NCBI GenBank assembly: GCA_036918135.1
Contig: JBALDB010000051.1
Span: 32,001 to 96,000 of the forward strand
Source of the DNA: Nostoc sp.
GTDB lineage: Bacteria > Cyanobacteriota > Cyanobacteriia > Cyanobacteriales > Nostocaceae
Direction of reading: 5' to 3'
Length of the DNA stretch: 64,000 bases
Shown here one piece after another: positions 52,963 to 63,314 of this stretch (position 1 is the first letter of the stretch; each line of letters opens with the position of its first letter). The translations under genes were made by a program, and so were the position numbers. The notes beneath the pieces were generated by a model. That model did no database searches and was not told where the DNA came from. It saw only the letters and a list, made by a program, of their open reading frames with translations.

Positions 52963-53517
52963 ATGGCCGATGTGACAAATATAGCGACTAAGCTTGCCGA
53001 TCTAAAGCTTTTTCAGAATGTTCTGTTGGAAAGTGAGCAAAAGTTAATAGCACAGACGGACGACAATACGATTTGCGAGCGGCTCGAAGGAATGATAAAC
53101 AGCGATCGCGAAAATCTCGGCGTCATCGAAGCAGTTATTTCTAAATACGGCAACGCAGCAGAACCTCGCGACATTACTACTCAACATGCTCAGAAGGTAA
53201 GCCAAATGATGAGCGGCTCCGAGCTAACTTTGTATGACAAATACTTACAGCTTGAGTTGCTAAAGCATCAACAGACAATGACCGGGCTGGTTCTACACAA
53301 GGTTGCCCAGTCTTTGAATGATGAACTTCAAGATTTGATGGAACCGCTCAACCGAGTTAATTTTGAAAATCGCGCTCACCAAGAGATTCTTAAAGGCGTT
53401 CTTTACTTCGTCGGAACGCGAGAGATAGCCGGTAAGGAACCTGACATGGGTCTGTGGGCTAGTATTGAACAGGGAATTGCAGCCCTTAAGGGTGTTATAA
53501 GCAGCGCGGTAAACTAG
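52963..53517 (+). CDS. Helical protein resembling the N-terminal half of cyanobacterial hemerythrin/HHE-domain proteins
   Basis: IATKLADLK...ELLKHQQ...LN.VNFENRAHQE.LKG...GLWA; ATG at 52963. Confidence 0.75.
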   Translation: MADVTNIATKLADLKLFQNVLLESEQKLIAQTDDNTICERLEGMINSDRENLGVIEAVISKYGNAAEPRDITTQHAQKVSQMMSGSELTLYDKYLQLELLKHQQTMTGLVLHKVAQSLNDELQDLMEPLNRVNFENRAHQEILKGVLYFVGTREIAGKEPDMGLWASIEQGIAALKGVISSAVN

Positions 53518-53824
53518 TAGGAATGAGTGGCAAGAGGGCGCGTCATTCATGGGAGCATAATATAATGTTAGCTGGTTTATGCCCAGGCTTGTACTTCAGC
53601 CTTTATTGTTAAAGGTAAATCATCAAGTTTACTATCTATGTAAATATGGCGTTTTCTTCTGTTATTGCTGAAGCTGTCAGTAGTCATTGTAAAAAACCTC
53701 TACCAATGTCATTTTTGATGTTAAACTCATAGCAATAACACCCCCACTTATAAAGTTTGTATTCCCTCTGTTTGCCTTTGACAACTGAGGGATTTGTTTT
53801 TAATTACCAACTGAAAGCGTTCAT

Positions 53825-53925
53825 TAGACTTATTGCATAAGTCGGGAAAAGGGAGAAAGGTTTTTGTATTTTCCCTTTTCCCTTTGACCACAAGAGCGCA
53901 AAAAGTAATGAATGCAAGAGGTCTA
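53825..53925. mobile_element. TA-ended MITE, family B
   Basis: TAGACTTATTGCAT...ATGCAAGAGGTCTA 14-bp imperfect TIR; internal GGGAAAAGGGA/TCCCTTTTCCC inverted repeat. Confidence 0.7.
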
Positions 53926-54223
53926 TTCTCTCGACTTGCAATTGTTCGGGAAACTCTGAGATATTTCCTCTCCAGCTTGGTCATATTTGGAACCAGGGCG
54001 AACGCATCTAAATATTGAAGGTTGATGATCGAGGTAGAATTCGCGCTTCGCTACAGCACGCAAGCATTTCAAAAAAGTAAGTGTGAACTAAATAATAATG
54101 ATAATCGTTTTGAGGGGGGGTATTTGTGGCGGTCGTCGGCTGCCAGTGTGATGGGGGTTGGTTTTTGTAGTAAATTCAAAAGTGCGTTAAAGAAATAAAG
54201 AAAAACCACCCACTGGCGTTTTC

Positions 54224-55464
54224 ATGAAACTCAAGCCAAAAGTTACGATTGCTGACCACTTTGCTGTAATGGAAGATCCACGAATAGATCGTACGAAGCG
54301 TCACAAGTTGATTGATATTATTACCATTGCCATGTGTGCGGTGATCTGTGGGGCAGACAGTTGGGTAGCAATCGAGACGTATGGTTGCGCCAAGTATGAA
54401 TCGTTAAAAACGTTTTTGGAATTACCAAACGGTATACCCTCACATGAGACTTTTGGGCGAGTCTTTGCTCTTGTTAATCCTCAACAATTTCAAGAATGTT
54501 TCCTCTCCTGGATGAAATCAACGTACAAAATAACAGAGGGTGAAGTTGTTGCAATTGATGGGAAAACTTTATGTAGCTCTTATGACAAGGCTAGCGAACA
54601 AAGTGCAATTCAAATGGTAAGCGCCTGGGCAACTACTAATAAATTAGTGTTAGGACAGGTGAAGGTAAATGAAAAATCAAATGAAATTACAGCAATTCCA
54701 GAACTGTTAAAGATATTAGAACTTTCTGGATGTATTGTGACAATAGACGCAATAGGTTGTCAAAAAGAAATTCTCAAGCTAATTACACAGCAAGATGCAG
54801 ATTATGTAATCACCTTAAAAAGAACCAAGGCAGTCTTCATGAGTCAGTATATGAACTATTTCAAACAGGGATAAGCACAGGTTTTGAAGGAATTGAACAC
54901 AGTACATATAAAACAGAAGAAGCAGGGCATGGTCGTCATGAAATCCGCAACTATGTAATGTTGACTGGAATTGGGTCACAACTTGATCCAGATTCCGTGT
55001 GGTCAAAGTTTAGCAGTGTATGTATGGTAGAGTCCGTCCGCTGCGAATATGGTAAAACAGCAGTAGAGACTCGTTATTTTATTAGTAGTCTTGAGTCCAA
55101 GGCAGAACAATTTGCTAATTCTATTCGTAGTCATTGGGGAATTGAGAATTCATTACATTGGGGAGGCAGCGCGTTGCGGGGGTTTCCCCCGTTGTAGCGA
55201 CTGCCGTTGTTGGATGTCGCTTTAAAAGAAGATGACTGTCGGATTATAAAAGATAATGCTCCACAGAACTTTGCACTATTGCGGCAGATTGCGGTCAATC
55301 TTTTAGGAAAAGAAAAGCGTGTGAAACGAGGAATCAAAAATAAACAGTTCCTCGCGGCGATCGATAACAACTATTTACTAAATGTTTTAGCGTTAGCTGA
55401 AAACAGTACATCAAAACTTGAGTTGAATATTTTACATGAAAGGTTTCTTTATTCTCTCGATTAA
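54224..55464 (+). pseudogene. ISAs1 transposase, frameshifted and interrupted
   Basis: DPR..R..RH, IDGK, KSNEITAIP, TIDAIGCQ, HGR.E.R, RSHWGIENSLHW, LDV...ED; frameshift in the A-run near 54815; 45-bp insertion at 55163-55207. Confidence 0.92.
55163..55207. repeat. 45-bp hairpin small dispersed repeat inserted in the transposase
   Basis: Removing it restores CAT TGG GTG TTG GAT GTC (HWVLDV). Confidence 0.85.
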
Positions 55465-55894
55465 TATGCTTTTATTTCCCCGATAATTGAAGATTTTTAG
55501 TATTAATGAATAGCCATTCAACTGAAGATAAGCTAATTCAAAGTAGGAGAGAAGATTTGATTTATTTTATTTATAATTTCTTCAATTTTTATAATTATCT
55601 ATGTCAGTTTAAAATCTTTCTTAGTTTTTATTAGTAAATAAGATACGTTCGCCCTGAGCAAGCAATGGGGCGATCGCACCCTCAAGTTATCAAACTACAT
55701 TCCCACATTCCCAAGCACTTGCTGAATCGAGTTCAGGAGTTGGAGGGGGAGAAAGCAGCAGTTAGGGTAATAACTAATGCCCACACACAACTCAATAATC
55801 CTTACCAGCTAAGGTACGGTGGGCAAAACTGAGGCAAGGCAGAGTTATTAGGGATACAGATATTAATTCTGTTCCCTGATATACAGATTTGAGA

Positions 55895-55929
55895 ATTAGG
55901 CAGCAACTGATCTCATGTTGCTGCCTAAT
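55895..55929 (-). terminator. Hairpin downstream of the VOC gene
   Basis: Perfect 13-bp stem ATTAGGCAGCAAC/GTTGCTGCCTAAT. Confidence 0.7.
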
Positions 55930-55958
55930 ACTCGATTTGTGCAGCAAGCTGGTTAAGA

Positions 55959-56330
55959 TTACGGATTTTGCCGAAGCCCTAACAAGTTTCCGTCAATATC
56001 TCTGAAGATAGACAATTGCACTCCGTGACCGACATCAGTAATTGGCTCAACTTCTACTCCTTTTTCAATAAGGCTTTGACGAGCAGCAACTATATCTTTT
56101 ACAACAAAGGTACTAACAGTACTACCTGTGTCAACTGAGTTACTTAAGTTCAATCCAATTGCAAAACGTGGAATATCAGGAAAACTAAACTGTCTCCAGC
56201 TAGGCGTGTCATATTGTTCTTCAGGAACTAATCCAAGCTTGGACTTATACCACTCGACGCTAGCTTCGAGATTAGTAACGTCTACTTTAGTGACAAAACT
56301 ATATTCACCAAAGGTATTGTTCAATGTCAT
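55959..56330 (-). CDS. VOC (glyoxalase/bleomycin-resistance) family protein
   Basis: VTNLEASVEWY...LGL, FVVKDI.AA...L..KGV, FRD.DGN.L.L. Confidence 0.88.
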   Translation of the reverse strand: MTLNNTFGEYSFVTKVDVTNLEASVEWYKSKLGLVPEEQYDTPSWRQFSFPDIPRFAIGLNLSNSVDTGSTVSTFVVKDIVAARQSLIEKGVEVEPITDVGHGVQLSIFRDIDGNLLGLRQNP

Positions 56331-56386
56331 ATTCTGTTGTACTAATCCAGTACTTTTACAATACAGCTATTATAAACCTTTTTAGC

Positions 56387-56420
56387 AAACTACTATAAGT
56401 CGGTAGAATTATAGTAGTTT
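56387..56420. promoter_or_regulatory. Palindromic operator candidate TAC-N20-GTA (site 1)
   Basis: AAACTACTATAA-10nt-TTATAGTAGTTT, perfect 12-bp arms, 56 bp upstream of the VOC gene. Confidence 0.7.
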
Positions 56421-56665
56421 ATTTTTAATCACGCAATATCACTCGAAAAGCCACGCTTAAGTTTTTACACTGATAATTAACAGCCATTTTTTAGAATTTA
56501 AGGTCTAATACTATTTGTCACAAGCAATAGTACTTAAAAATATATCAAAAAATGTAAGCCATCTCCTACTAACTCCACGGGATTACCACCTGTCACCACA
56601 TTAATCGCAAGCGTCCGTCACCGTGGATTGGGATGAAGTATGGTAGTTGTACAAGTCTTGTCCTT

Positions 56666-57850
56666 CTAAGAATAAAAGTTAGGTTTCGGCAGTTCGTCAT
56701 TTAATGCCCAGTTTCCTATGTCTCGGATTTTATAATCTACTGGATCGTGCAAAGTGAATGTGCGGAGATTACGCCAATAGCGGTCAAAGCCATATTTTGT
56801 ATTAGTAGCACGTGCGCCCATAACTTCAAAAATGCGGTTGGTGATGTCTAAACCAATTTTAGTGACGAAGACTTTGGCAGTAGCAATAGAAATTGCACAT
56901 TCTCCCCGTTGTTCTGTAGTAAGCGACCATTCTTGTTCCCAAGCTGCTTGTAGTAATTCTCCCGCCTGCTCAGTCAGATATACGGCTGCTTGAAGATCGA
57001 CCCACATCTTGCCATAGTGCTGGAGAGTATAAGGATCTTTGGTTGCACTCTCTACACCTGATGTCAGCCAAGGTTTTGTGTTTGTGCAAGTATATGTTTT
57101 AGCGGCTTCAAATGTTCCTTGGGCAATACCCAGGTAGATATTAGCAAGATTCAATTGAGTCAAGCAGGCGCGAATAGTGTTGAAGGGTTGATCGGGTTTG
57201 TCTCTACTACCAAGAATTTCGTCCGGGTAGACCAACACATTCTCAAAAGTCACACTACCACTGTCTGTTTGACGCTGTCCGATATTATCCCAATCATCAT
57301 GAACAGTAACGCCTTGTCGTTGAGTAGGAATTACCAAAATATTCAATTCACCAGTTTCTTGCTGAGTGGCAGTAATCGGCAATATATCCGAGTCAACAGA
57401 GCCAGAGCAAAAGCTTTTAACCCCGTTGAGACGGAAATAATTATTTTCTGGTCTCAGAGTAGTTCTTTTATCTAAAGGGTTAAGAGCATTGCACCAAAAC
57501 CAATTATTATGAATAGTTTCTGAATAATATCGCTGTTTTTGCTCTGCCGAACCAAAGATATGAGGAATTACTACACCTAGATGGTGGTAAGAAAAGACAT
57601 GAGCAATGGAACTATCAACTTTGGCAAACTCGCGGGTAATTTCTAGAACACTAATCCAGCTTTGTCCTAAACCACCGTACTCTGTGGGTACGATCAGTTT
57701 CAGCAAGTTGCTTTGACGCAGGCGATCGCGTTCATGCTTTGGTGTTCCCCCTTTTGCATCCCGTACCACAGCAGTTTCGGCAAATTCCTTTGCTAAAGAC
57801 TTAGCTATATCGAGATAATTTTGAGATTCTTTCGTTTCGATTAATTGCAT
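56666..57850 (-). CDS. Acyl-CoA dehydrogenase-fold flavin monooxygenase (DszC/SfnB-like)
   Basis: LNGVKSFCSGS, DDWDNIGQRQTDSGSV, FDRYWRNLRTFTLHDPV; ATG at 57850 preferred. Confidence 0.9.
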   Translation of the reverse strand: MQLIETKESQNYLDIAKSLAKEFAETAVVRDAKGGTPKHERDRLRQSNLLKLIVPTEYGGLGQSWISVLEITREFAKVDSSIAHVFSYHHLGVVIPHIFGSAEQKQRYYSETIHNNWFWCNALNPLDKRTTLRPENNYFRLNGVKSFCSGSVDSDILPITATQQETGELNILVIPTQRQGVTVHDDWDNIGQRQTDSGSVTFENVLVYPDEILGSRDKPDQPFNTIRACLTQLNLANIYLGIAQGTFEAAKTYTCTNTKPWLTSGVESATKDPYTLQHYGKMWVDLQAAVYLTEQAGELLQAAWEQEWSLTTEQRGECAISIATAKVFVTKIGLDITNRIFEVMGARATNTKYGFDRYWRNLRTFTLHDPVDYKIRDIGNWALNDELPKPNFYS

Positions 57851-58129
57851 CCCTTGCAACTTCTCCATTAACACTATTGTGAGGAGCAACTATAAAATTG
57901 GCTAGAAAAACTTTAAATCTACAGTATTTGCAAAAACTACTGTACCATCAAAACATCATTACACGAGCTAACTAATAAAGCAAGTTAAAATTAAATGAAT
58001 TTTGCTAAAGCTATAGATTGTTAGTGCAGTGTTAGAAAATAGTTGATTGAGAGTCAAGCAAAAAAATTAAAATATTTTTCTACTTGTTTTTCTACACTAT
58101 ATATGCAATATTATTAACTTAAATATAAT

Positions 58130-58163
58130 TAACTACTTTAATTCGATAAGTTTATAGTAGTTT
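58130..58163. promoter_or_regulatory. Palindromic operator candidate TAC-N20-GTA (site 2)
   Basis: TAACTACTTTAA-10nt-TTATAGTAGTTT between the divergent monooxygenase and porin genes. Confidence 0.7.
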
Positions 58164-58488
58164 GAAAGCAGACGGTATAAATTCCGCTTATTCTGTAAAA
58201 ATACAATGTTTTTTTACAGACAAATAAACACTCTATAAGCAAATATTCCAGCTTTTGCAGGAATTGTATTTGTGTAAAAAAAGTCTTTTTTCTACTGAAA
58301 CAAGCAGATTAAAACGCCAGATATTCACTGATATATCTGGAGTTTGGCGATATTAGTGAAAATTTTCAGGCTTTAGAGTAATTCAACCTTCATCGGGGCT
58401 AATTAAAAGTTTTTAGCTTGACAAGTCGTTGAAATGTCTAATGGCTTTCGCTCAATGTTGGCAATCAAAAATATGAGGAGCAATAGAA

Positions 58489-60114
58489 ATGTTCAATCGT
58501 TCATTTCATAATTTATTCATGGAATCGATGGTTTTGGGAGCTACTTTGTTAGCCAGCACATCAGCTTATGCTGAAGATAGCAATTTAGGGATTGTAACTC
58601 AAGCAAATTCTCCGAAAACAACCATTGCACAAACGCTTGAAATTCCTGCAATCAATAGTGATACAAACGTCCAACAGACAAACAGTATGTCTCAGGTAAC
58701 ATCTGTATCGCAGTTTTCAGATGTGCAGCCAAGTGATTGGGCATTTGGCGCACTCCAGTCTTTAGTTGAGCGTTATGGATGTATTGCAGGATATCCAAAT
58801 AGCACTTATCGGGGAAACCGCGCCATCACTCGCTATGAATTTGCAGCAGGCTTAAATGCTTGTTTATCTCGGATTAACGAGTTAATTGCAACAGCTACAT
58901 CTGACTTAGTTACTAAAGAAGACTTAACTAGCTTACAAAGACTGCAAGATGAATTTGCCCCAGAACTAGCAACTTTACGGGGTCGGGTTGATAATTTAGA
59001 AGCTCGAACGGCAGAACTAGAAGCTAATCAGTTTTCTACAACAACAAAGTTACTAGGAGAAGCCATCTTTGCTATTACAGATGCCTTTAGTGGCTCCGTT
59101 AATGGTAGCAACACAGTTTTTCAAGATAGAGTTCGCCTCGTTTTCAAAAGTAGTTTTACAGGTAGAGATAGTCTATACGTCCGTTTAACTGCTGGAAACG
59201 CCACTACTTTGGGATTGCCAGATGGTACAGCAGAAGGACTTCAAACCTTTAATCTCTCTGGTGGCAACAACAATGATTTTCTTGATTGGCTCTCCTATTA
59301 CTTCCCGATTGGAGACAAAATAGAGGCTTACGTAGGAGCAGTAAACGGAGTATTTTTTGATTTTGTTCTTACTCAGAGTCCCTATTTGGATAGTGCTACA
59401 GGAGGTGGCCGTGCTTTGACAGAATTTGCTTCCGCTAATCCTATTTATCGTATTGGTGGTGGTGCAGGTGGGGGATTTAACTATCGATTAAGTGACAAAG
59501 TAGTATTGAGCTTGGGTTATTTAGCGGGAGATCATGCCAGTCCTCAGCCAGATAGCGGTTTTTTTAATGGTCAATATAGCGCATTTGGACAATTAGCATG
59601 GAACCCCAACAAGAACTCTGGCATTGGTTTGACCTATGTAAATGCCTACCAAAATCGAGGAGCAATATTTGACCTGGGTAGTAGTTTTACACTTGTCGGG
59701 ACAGAGCAAGCAAATACTCCATTTGAGCGGACGATTACCAACTCTTACGGAGTAGAAGCTTTCTATAAATTTAGTCCTCGATTTGCAGTGAATGGGTTCT
59801 TTGGCTACACTAACGCCAAGAATCTGGCAGGTAGTGGTAGTGCAGATATTTGGTACTATGCTCTGGGATTGGCATTCCCAGATTTAGGTAAAGAAGGTAA
59901 TCTTGGTGGCATTGTTGTGGGTGCAGAACCTTATCAGAGTGGTAATCCTGCACCTGCAAATGATTTATCTTTGCATATTGAAGGCTTTTACAAATATCAA
60001 CTCACAGATAACATTGCCATCACTCCTGGCGTAATTTGGATTACAGCTCCTGCTCAAAACAACGACAATGAAGATGCTGTAATTGGCACTGTGAGAACAA
60101 CCTTCACTTTTTAG
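58489..60114 (+). CDS. SLH-domain OprB-type cyanobacterial porin
   Basis: QVTSVSQFSDVQPSDWAFGALQSLVERYGC, TRYEFAAGL, QFSTTTKL.GE, C-terminal RTTFTF. Confidence 0.93.
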   Translation: MFNRSFHNLFMESMVLGATLLASTSAYAEDSNLGIVTQANSPKTTIAQTLEIPAINSDTNVQQTNSMSQVTSVSQFSDVQPSDWAFGALQSLVERYGCIAGYPNSTYRGNRAITRYEFAAGLNACLSRINELIATATSDLVTKEDLTSLQRLQDEFAPELATLRGRVDNLEARTAELEANQFSTTTKLLGEAIFAITDAFSGSVNGSNTVFQDRVRLVFKSSFTGRDSLYVRLTAGNATTLGLPDGTAEGLQTFNLSGGNNNDFLDWLSYYFPIGDKIEAYVGAVNGVFFDFVLTQSPYLDSATGGGRALTEFASANPIYRIGGGAGGGFNYRLSDKVVLSLGYLAGDHASPQPDSGFFNGQYSAFGQLAWNPNKNSGIGLTYVNAYQNRGAIFDLGSSFTLVGTEQANTPFERTITNSYGVEAFYKFSPRFAVNGFFGYTNAKNLAGSGSADIWYYALGLAFPDLGKEGNLGGIVVGAEPYQSGNPAPANDLSLHIEGFYKYQLTDNIAITPGVIWITAPAQNNDNEDAVIGTVRTTFTF

Positions 60115-60305
60115 ATAATCTCAGCAACGTTACAAATTTTGGCGTTGCTGATATGAAAACAAAATTACTATTCGTAATTCGTAGCTAAGAATTTAATTAC
60201 GAATTACGTAGCTTGTTTCTCGCCAGAAGCGAGTATTATCAAAAACCAACGGGTGTAACAGTGATTGCCTTTGCATAGATGAACTTCAATATGAGAATGC
60301 AGCAA

Positions 60306-61511
60306 TTACAGCCAAGGATGGCGTGGAGGGTAAACACCATTAAGGAAGTAATTACCAACAGCGTAGTACTTCCAACGCACAGGGTCGTGAAGTGTGTGAG
60401 CGCGGGCATTTCGCCAGTGGCGATTGTAGTTGAATTGCTCCAATGTGGACTTAGTACCTGCTAGTTCAAACAACTTGTTGGTAGCTAGTAGTGATGCTTC
60501 GGTGGCTAAGGCTTTGGCTTCTGCAACTGCAATTGATGCTTCAACCACCTTGGGTTCTTCTAAACCTGACTCGTTGGCGATGTCGATAAATTCACCCGCA
60601 CGTCGTAGCAAGGCTTCAGCAGCGTGAACTTGAATTTGTACATTGCCTAAGTTATAGAGCGTCAGCGGGTCTTCATATCCTTTTTCTAAATTGCTGTCAA
60701 CCCAAGGGCGGGTATGGTTGCGGACAAAGTAGATGGTGTCACGGACTGCGGCTTTGGCAATCCCTACATCTACAGCGGCCTGTATGATTTGGGCGATCGC
60801 ACCCATTGGTGTTGCCCTCTCAAAAGCTAAGTAGTGCGGAATTACATGTTCTGCCTTCACTTTCACATTTTCAATAATTGTAGTGCCACTGGCTGTGGTA
60901 CGCTGTCCGAAGCTCGTCCAGTCATCAAGTAGTGTCAGTCCTGGGGCATCTCTTTCGACAAATGCCACCACTGTCTTACCATCTTGGTTGGCAATCACGG
61001 GAACCCAATGAGCTAGTAGTGCCCCAGCAGAGTAATATTTACGTCCGTTGAGTACGTAGTCAGAATTGTCTGGTTCTAACTTTGTTTGGACATCAGTCAC
61101 AGATTTAGTGCCAATTTCCGAGAAGGCGTTACCGAACCGTTTGCCTTGTAAAACCAAATCAAAGAAGAACTTCTTCTGCTCATCTGTACCATCTAAGCGA
61201 ACTGCTTCCACCATATATAGGTGGTTTTGGGGAATTTGACCGAGGCTAGAGTCAGCTTCAGAGATGATTTTAATCACTTCTGCCAAAGTGACATTCGAGA
61301 CAAAAGCACCGCCATACTCTTTAGGGACTGTAATTCCCCACAATCCGCTTTGGGAAAACCTTTGGACTTCTTCAGCAGGCAAACGCCGATTTTGGTCGCG
61401 TTCTGAGTCACCTTTGAGAAACTCAGCTGCTAATTCGTGGGCGATCGCGATCGCTTCTTGATCGTCCCGAATTATATGTGCTTTCTGTTCAGTATCAATT
61501 ACTGATGTCAT
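60306..61511 (-). CDS. sfnB: SfnB family sulfur-acquisition oxidoreductase
   Basis: SLGQIPQNH, FGNAFSE, DDWTSFGQRTTASGT, RHWRNARAHTLHDPVRWK, PPRHPWL. Confidence 0.85.
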   Translation of the reverse strand: MTSVIDTEQKAHIIRDDQEAIAIAHELAAEFLKGDSERDQNRRLPAEEVQRFSQSGLWGITVPKEYGGAFVSNVTLAEVIKIISEADSSLGQIPQNHLYMVEAVRLDGTDEQKKFFFDLVLQGKRFGNAFSEIGTKSVTDVQTKLEPDNSDYVLNGRKYYSAGALLAHWVPVIANQDGKTVVAFVERDAPGLTLLDDWTSFGQRTTASGTTIIENVKVKAEHVIPHYLAFERATPMGAIAQIIQAAVDVGIAKAAVRDTIYFVRNHTRPWVDSNLEKGYEDPLTLYNLGNVQIQVHAAEALLRRAGEFIDIANESGLEEPKVVEASIAVAEAKALATEASLLATNKLFELAGTKSTLEQFNYNRHWRNARAHTLHDPVRWKYYAVGNYFLNGVYPPRHPWL

Positions 61512-61614
61512 GATTTAACTCCTTTTTAAACGCAAAGGTACGCTAAGGAAACGCGAAGAACGCAGAGTTATTCTAAATTTAATTTTGTGAGGAGAGAAGC
61601 CAATTACTGTTCGC

Positions 61615-61704
61615 TGTAGGAGTGAGTTTCGCTATTATTTACAGGCGTTACTAAATGAAATTCAGACATCAATTAGCAACGCGATCGCAAAACCCACCCC
61701 TACA
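61615..61704. repeat. REP-like inverted pair
   Basis: TGTAGGAGTGAGTTT...AAACCCACCCCTACA between sfnG and sfnB. Confidence 0.5.
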
Positions 61705-61718
61705 AAGTGCCTGTCAAT

Positions 61719-62813
61719 CTACACTCCAACTAACTCATCAGCCGTGCGACAATTAGCTTCTAGTTCGCGCACAATCGGAATTACTGTCTGACCAAATGCA
61801 GGCAAATCGTCCGAGTAGTGTAGGAAGCCGCCGAGAATTAAATCAACTCCCGCTTCATAAAACTGGCGAATCTTCTGGGCAACTTGATCGGCAGTACCTA
61901 TTAAGCCCGACTTGAAGCCATCGTTATACTGTACCAAGTCTTCAAAATTGGAATTCGCCCACATTCCCTGACGCTCACGAGTCGAGGCTCCTGCCTGTTT
62001 CACGGCTTCACCAAATCCTTTAACCGCCTCCACATCCGCTTGGGCAATAATCTCGCGCAATACTTCATGGGCTTCTGCTTCCGTATCACGCACAATGATG
62101 AAGGAATTCAAACCAAATTTGATTTTACGTCCTTCTTGACGAGCTAATGCAGACACCTCTGCAATCTGCTCTCGCACGCCTTCGATAGTATTGCCATTCA
62201 TAAAATACCAATCAGACACGCGCCCAGCCATCCGTCGGGCTGCTTTGGAGTTACCGCCTTGGAAGATTTCGGGATGCGGTTGGGTAATTGGTTTGGGCTT
62301 CACCCAACCACCGTTGATACGATAAAAGTCGCCTTTGAAGTGAAACTCATCTTCAGTCCACAAACCTTTGAGAACGCGGATAAATTCCTCAGAACGTCGA
62401 TAGCGTTCGTCATGGTCTAACCAAGGTTCACCATAAATAGTAAATTCATCTTTGAACCAGCCACTGACTACATTCAGAGCAAACCGACCGTTAGACAGAA
62501 AATCAATACTGGAACCCATTTTCGCAACTACCCCCGGATGCCACAATCCAGGGTGAACTGCGGCAATTAGCTTTAACTTCTTTGTGACTGGAGCTAAAGC
62601 TGATACGGTTGTAAGTGCTTCTAGCTGGTACTCAGCGCCATAGCTGGCAATAAATCTGGCTTGTGCCAGAGCATATTCAAACCCGACTTCTTCAGCCGTT
62701 TGAGCCAGTTGAGCATTATATTCGTAAGTCCAATCTGTACGTTGGGGAATTTTACTTACCACTAACCCCCCGCTGACGTTGGGAATCCAGTATGCGAACT
62801 TAATATCTACCAT
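61719..62813 (-). CDS. sfnG: Dimethylsulfone monooxygenase
   Basis: IKFAYWIPNVSGGLVVSKIPQRTDW, GGNSKAAR, DLVQYNDGF, GFLHY. Confidence 0.9.
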   Translation of the reverse strand: MVDIKFAYWIPNVSGGLVVSKIPQRTDWTYEYNAQLAQTAEEVGFEYALAQARFIASYGAEYQLEALTTVSALAPVTKKLKLIAAVHPGLWHPGVVAKMGSSIDFLSNGRFALNVVSGWFKDEFTIYGEPWLDHDERYRRSEEFIRVLKGLWTEDEFHFKGDFYRINGGWVKPKPITQPHPEIFQGGNSKAARRMAGRVSDWYFMNGNTIEGVREQIAEVSALARQEGRKIKFGLNSFIIVRDTEAEAHEVLREIIAQADVEAVKGFGEAVKQAGASTRERQGMWANSNFEDLVQYNDGFKSGLIGTADQVAQKIRQFYEAGVDLILGGFLHYSDDLPAFGQTVIPIVRELEANCRTADELVGV

Positions 62814-63007
62814 AATTGTGCGTTTGTTATTGAAACTTCTTGGTTATTTGTCTAAGTTTGCTTGTGATGCTACTAAAGTTCTATTTGTCATTATTGACAG
62901 TGCAGTTAAAAATTGATACGGCAAAATCTTAGTCAAAATCAAAGCTTGAGAGCCGAATGGCACTACTAGGAGTTTAGAAGTGGACGATTTCAGGTTTCTA
63001 TGATGAC

Positions 63008-63041
63008 AATATACTATAACTAGACCAAAATGCCGTAGTTA
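63008..63041. promoter_or_regulatory. TAC-N20-GTA operator candidate (site 3)
   Basis: AATATACTATAACTAGACCAAAATGCCGTAGTTA upstream of sfnG. Confidence 0.5.
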
Positions 63042-63314
63042 GTAATCTATCGGACTTTATCATGACAATTTCTCTGATGTCGTGACTCTATATACTTAAA
63101 TTTCATTTTTGTATTCCAAAATGGAATAGTGCCGACTTTTCTGGGTATTTAATTACTAATTTATATTTAGTGGTACTATCCTAATTCAGTCAGAGCAACC
63201 AGAAATACAGAACTCGACAAAGTACCGCTACTATTCCATACCGTGATAGAGGACTGCTTTTTATACCTCATTTGATATACACAGCAAAAATAAATGTGGT
63301 AGTGTGAACTAGTA

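Larger units (their letters stand above)
53994..55656 (+). mobile_element. ISAs1-family insertion sequence
   Basis: TIRs CAGGGCGAACGCATCT and AGATACGTTCGCCCTG flank the transposase; no target duplication visible. Confidence 0.9.

Noticed and set aside
54810..54825. Programmed -1 frameshift in the ISAs1 transposase
   Set aside because: ISAs1 transposases are single ORFs. A one-base loss in an A-run (mutation or sequencing error) is simpler, and the gene is also broken by the 45-bp insertion
55657..55832. Open frame to the right of the IS (possible interrupted gene)
   Set aside because: No recognisable motif and no matching left half across the IS
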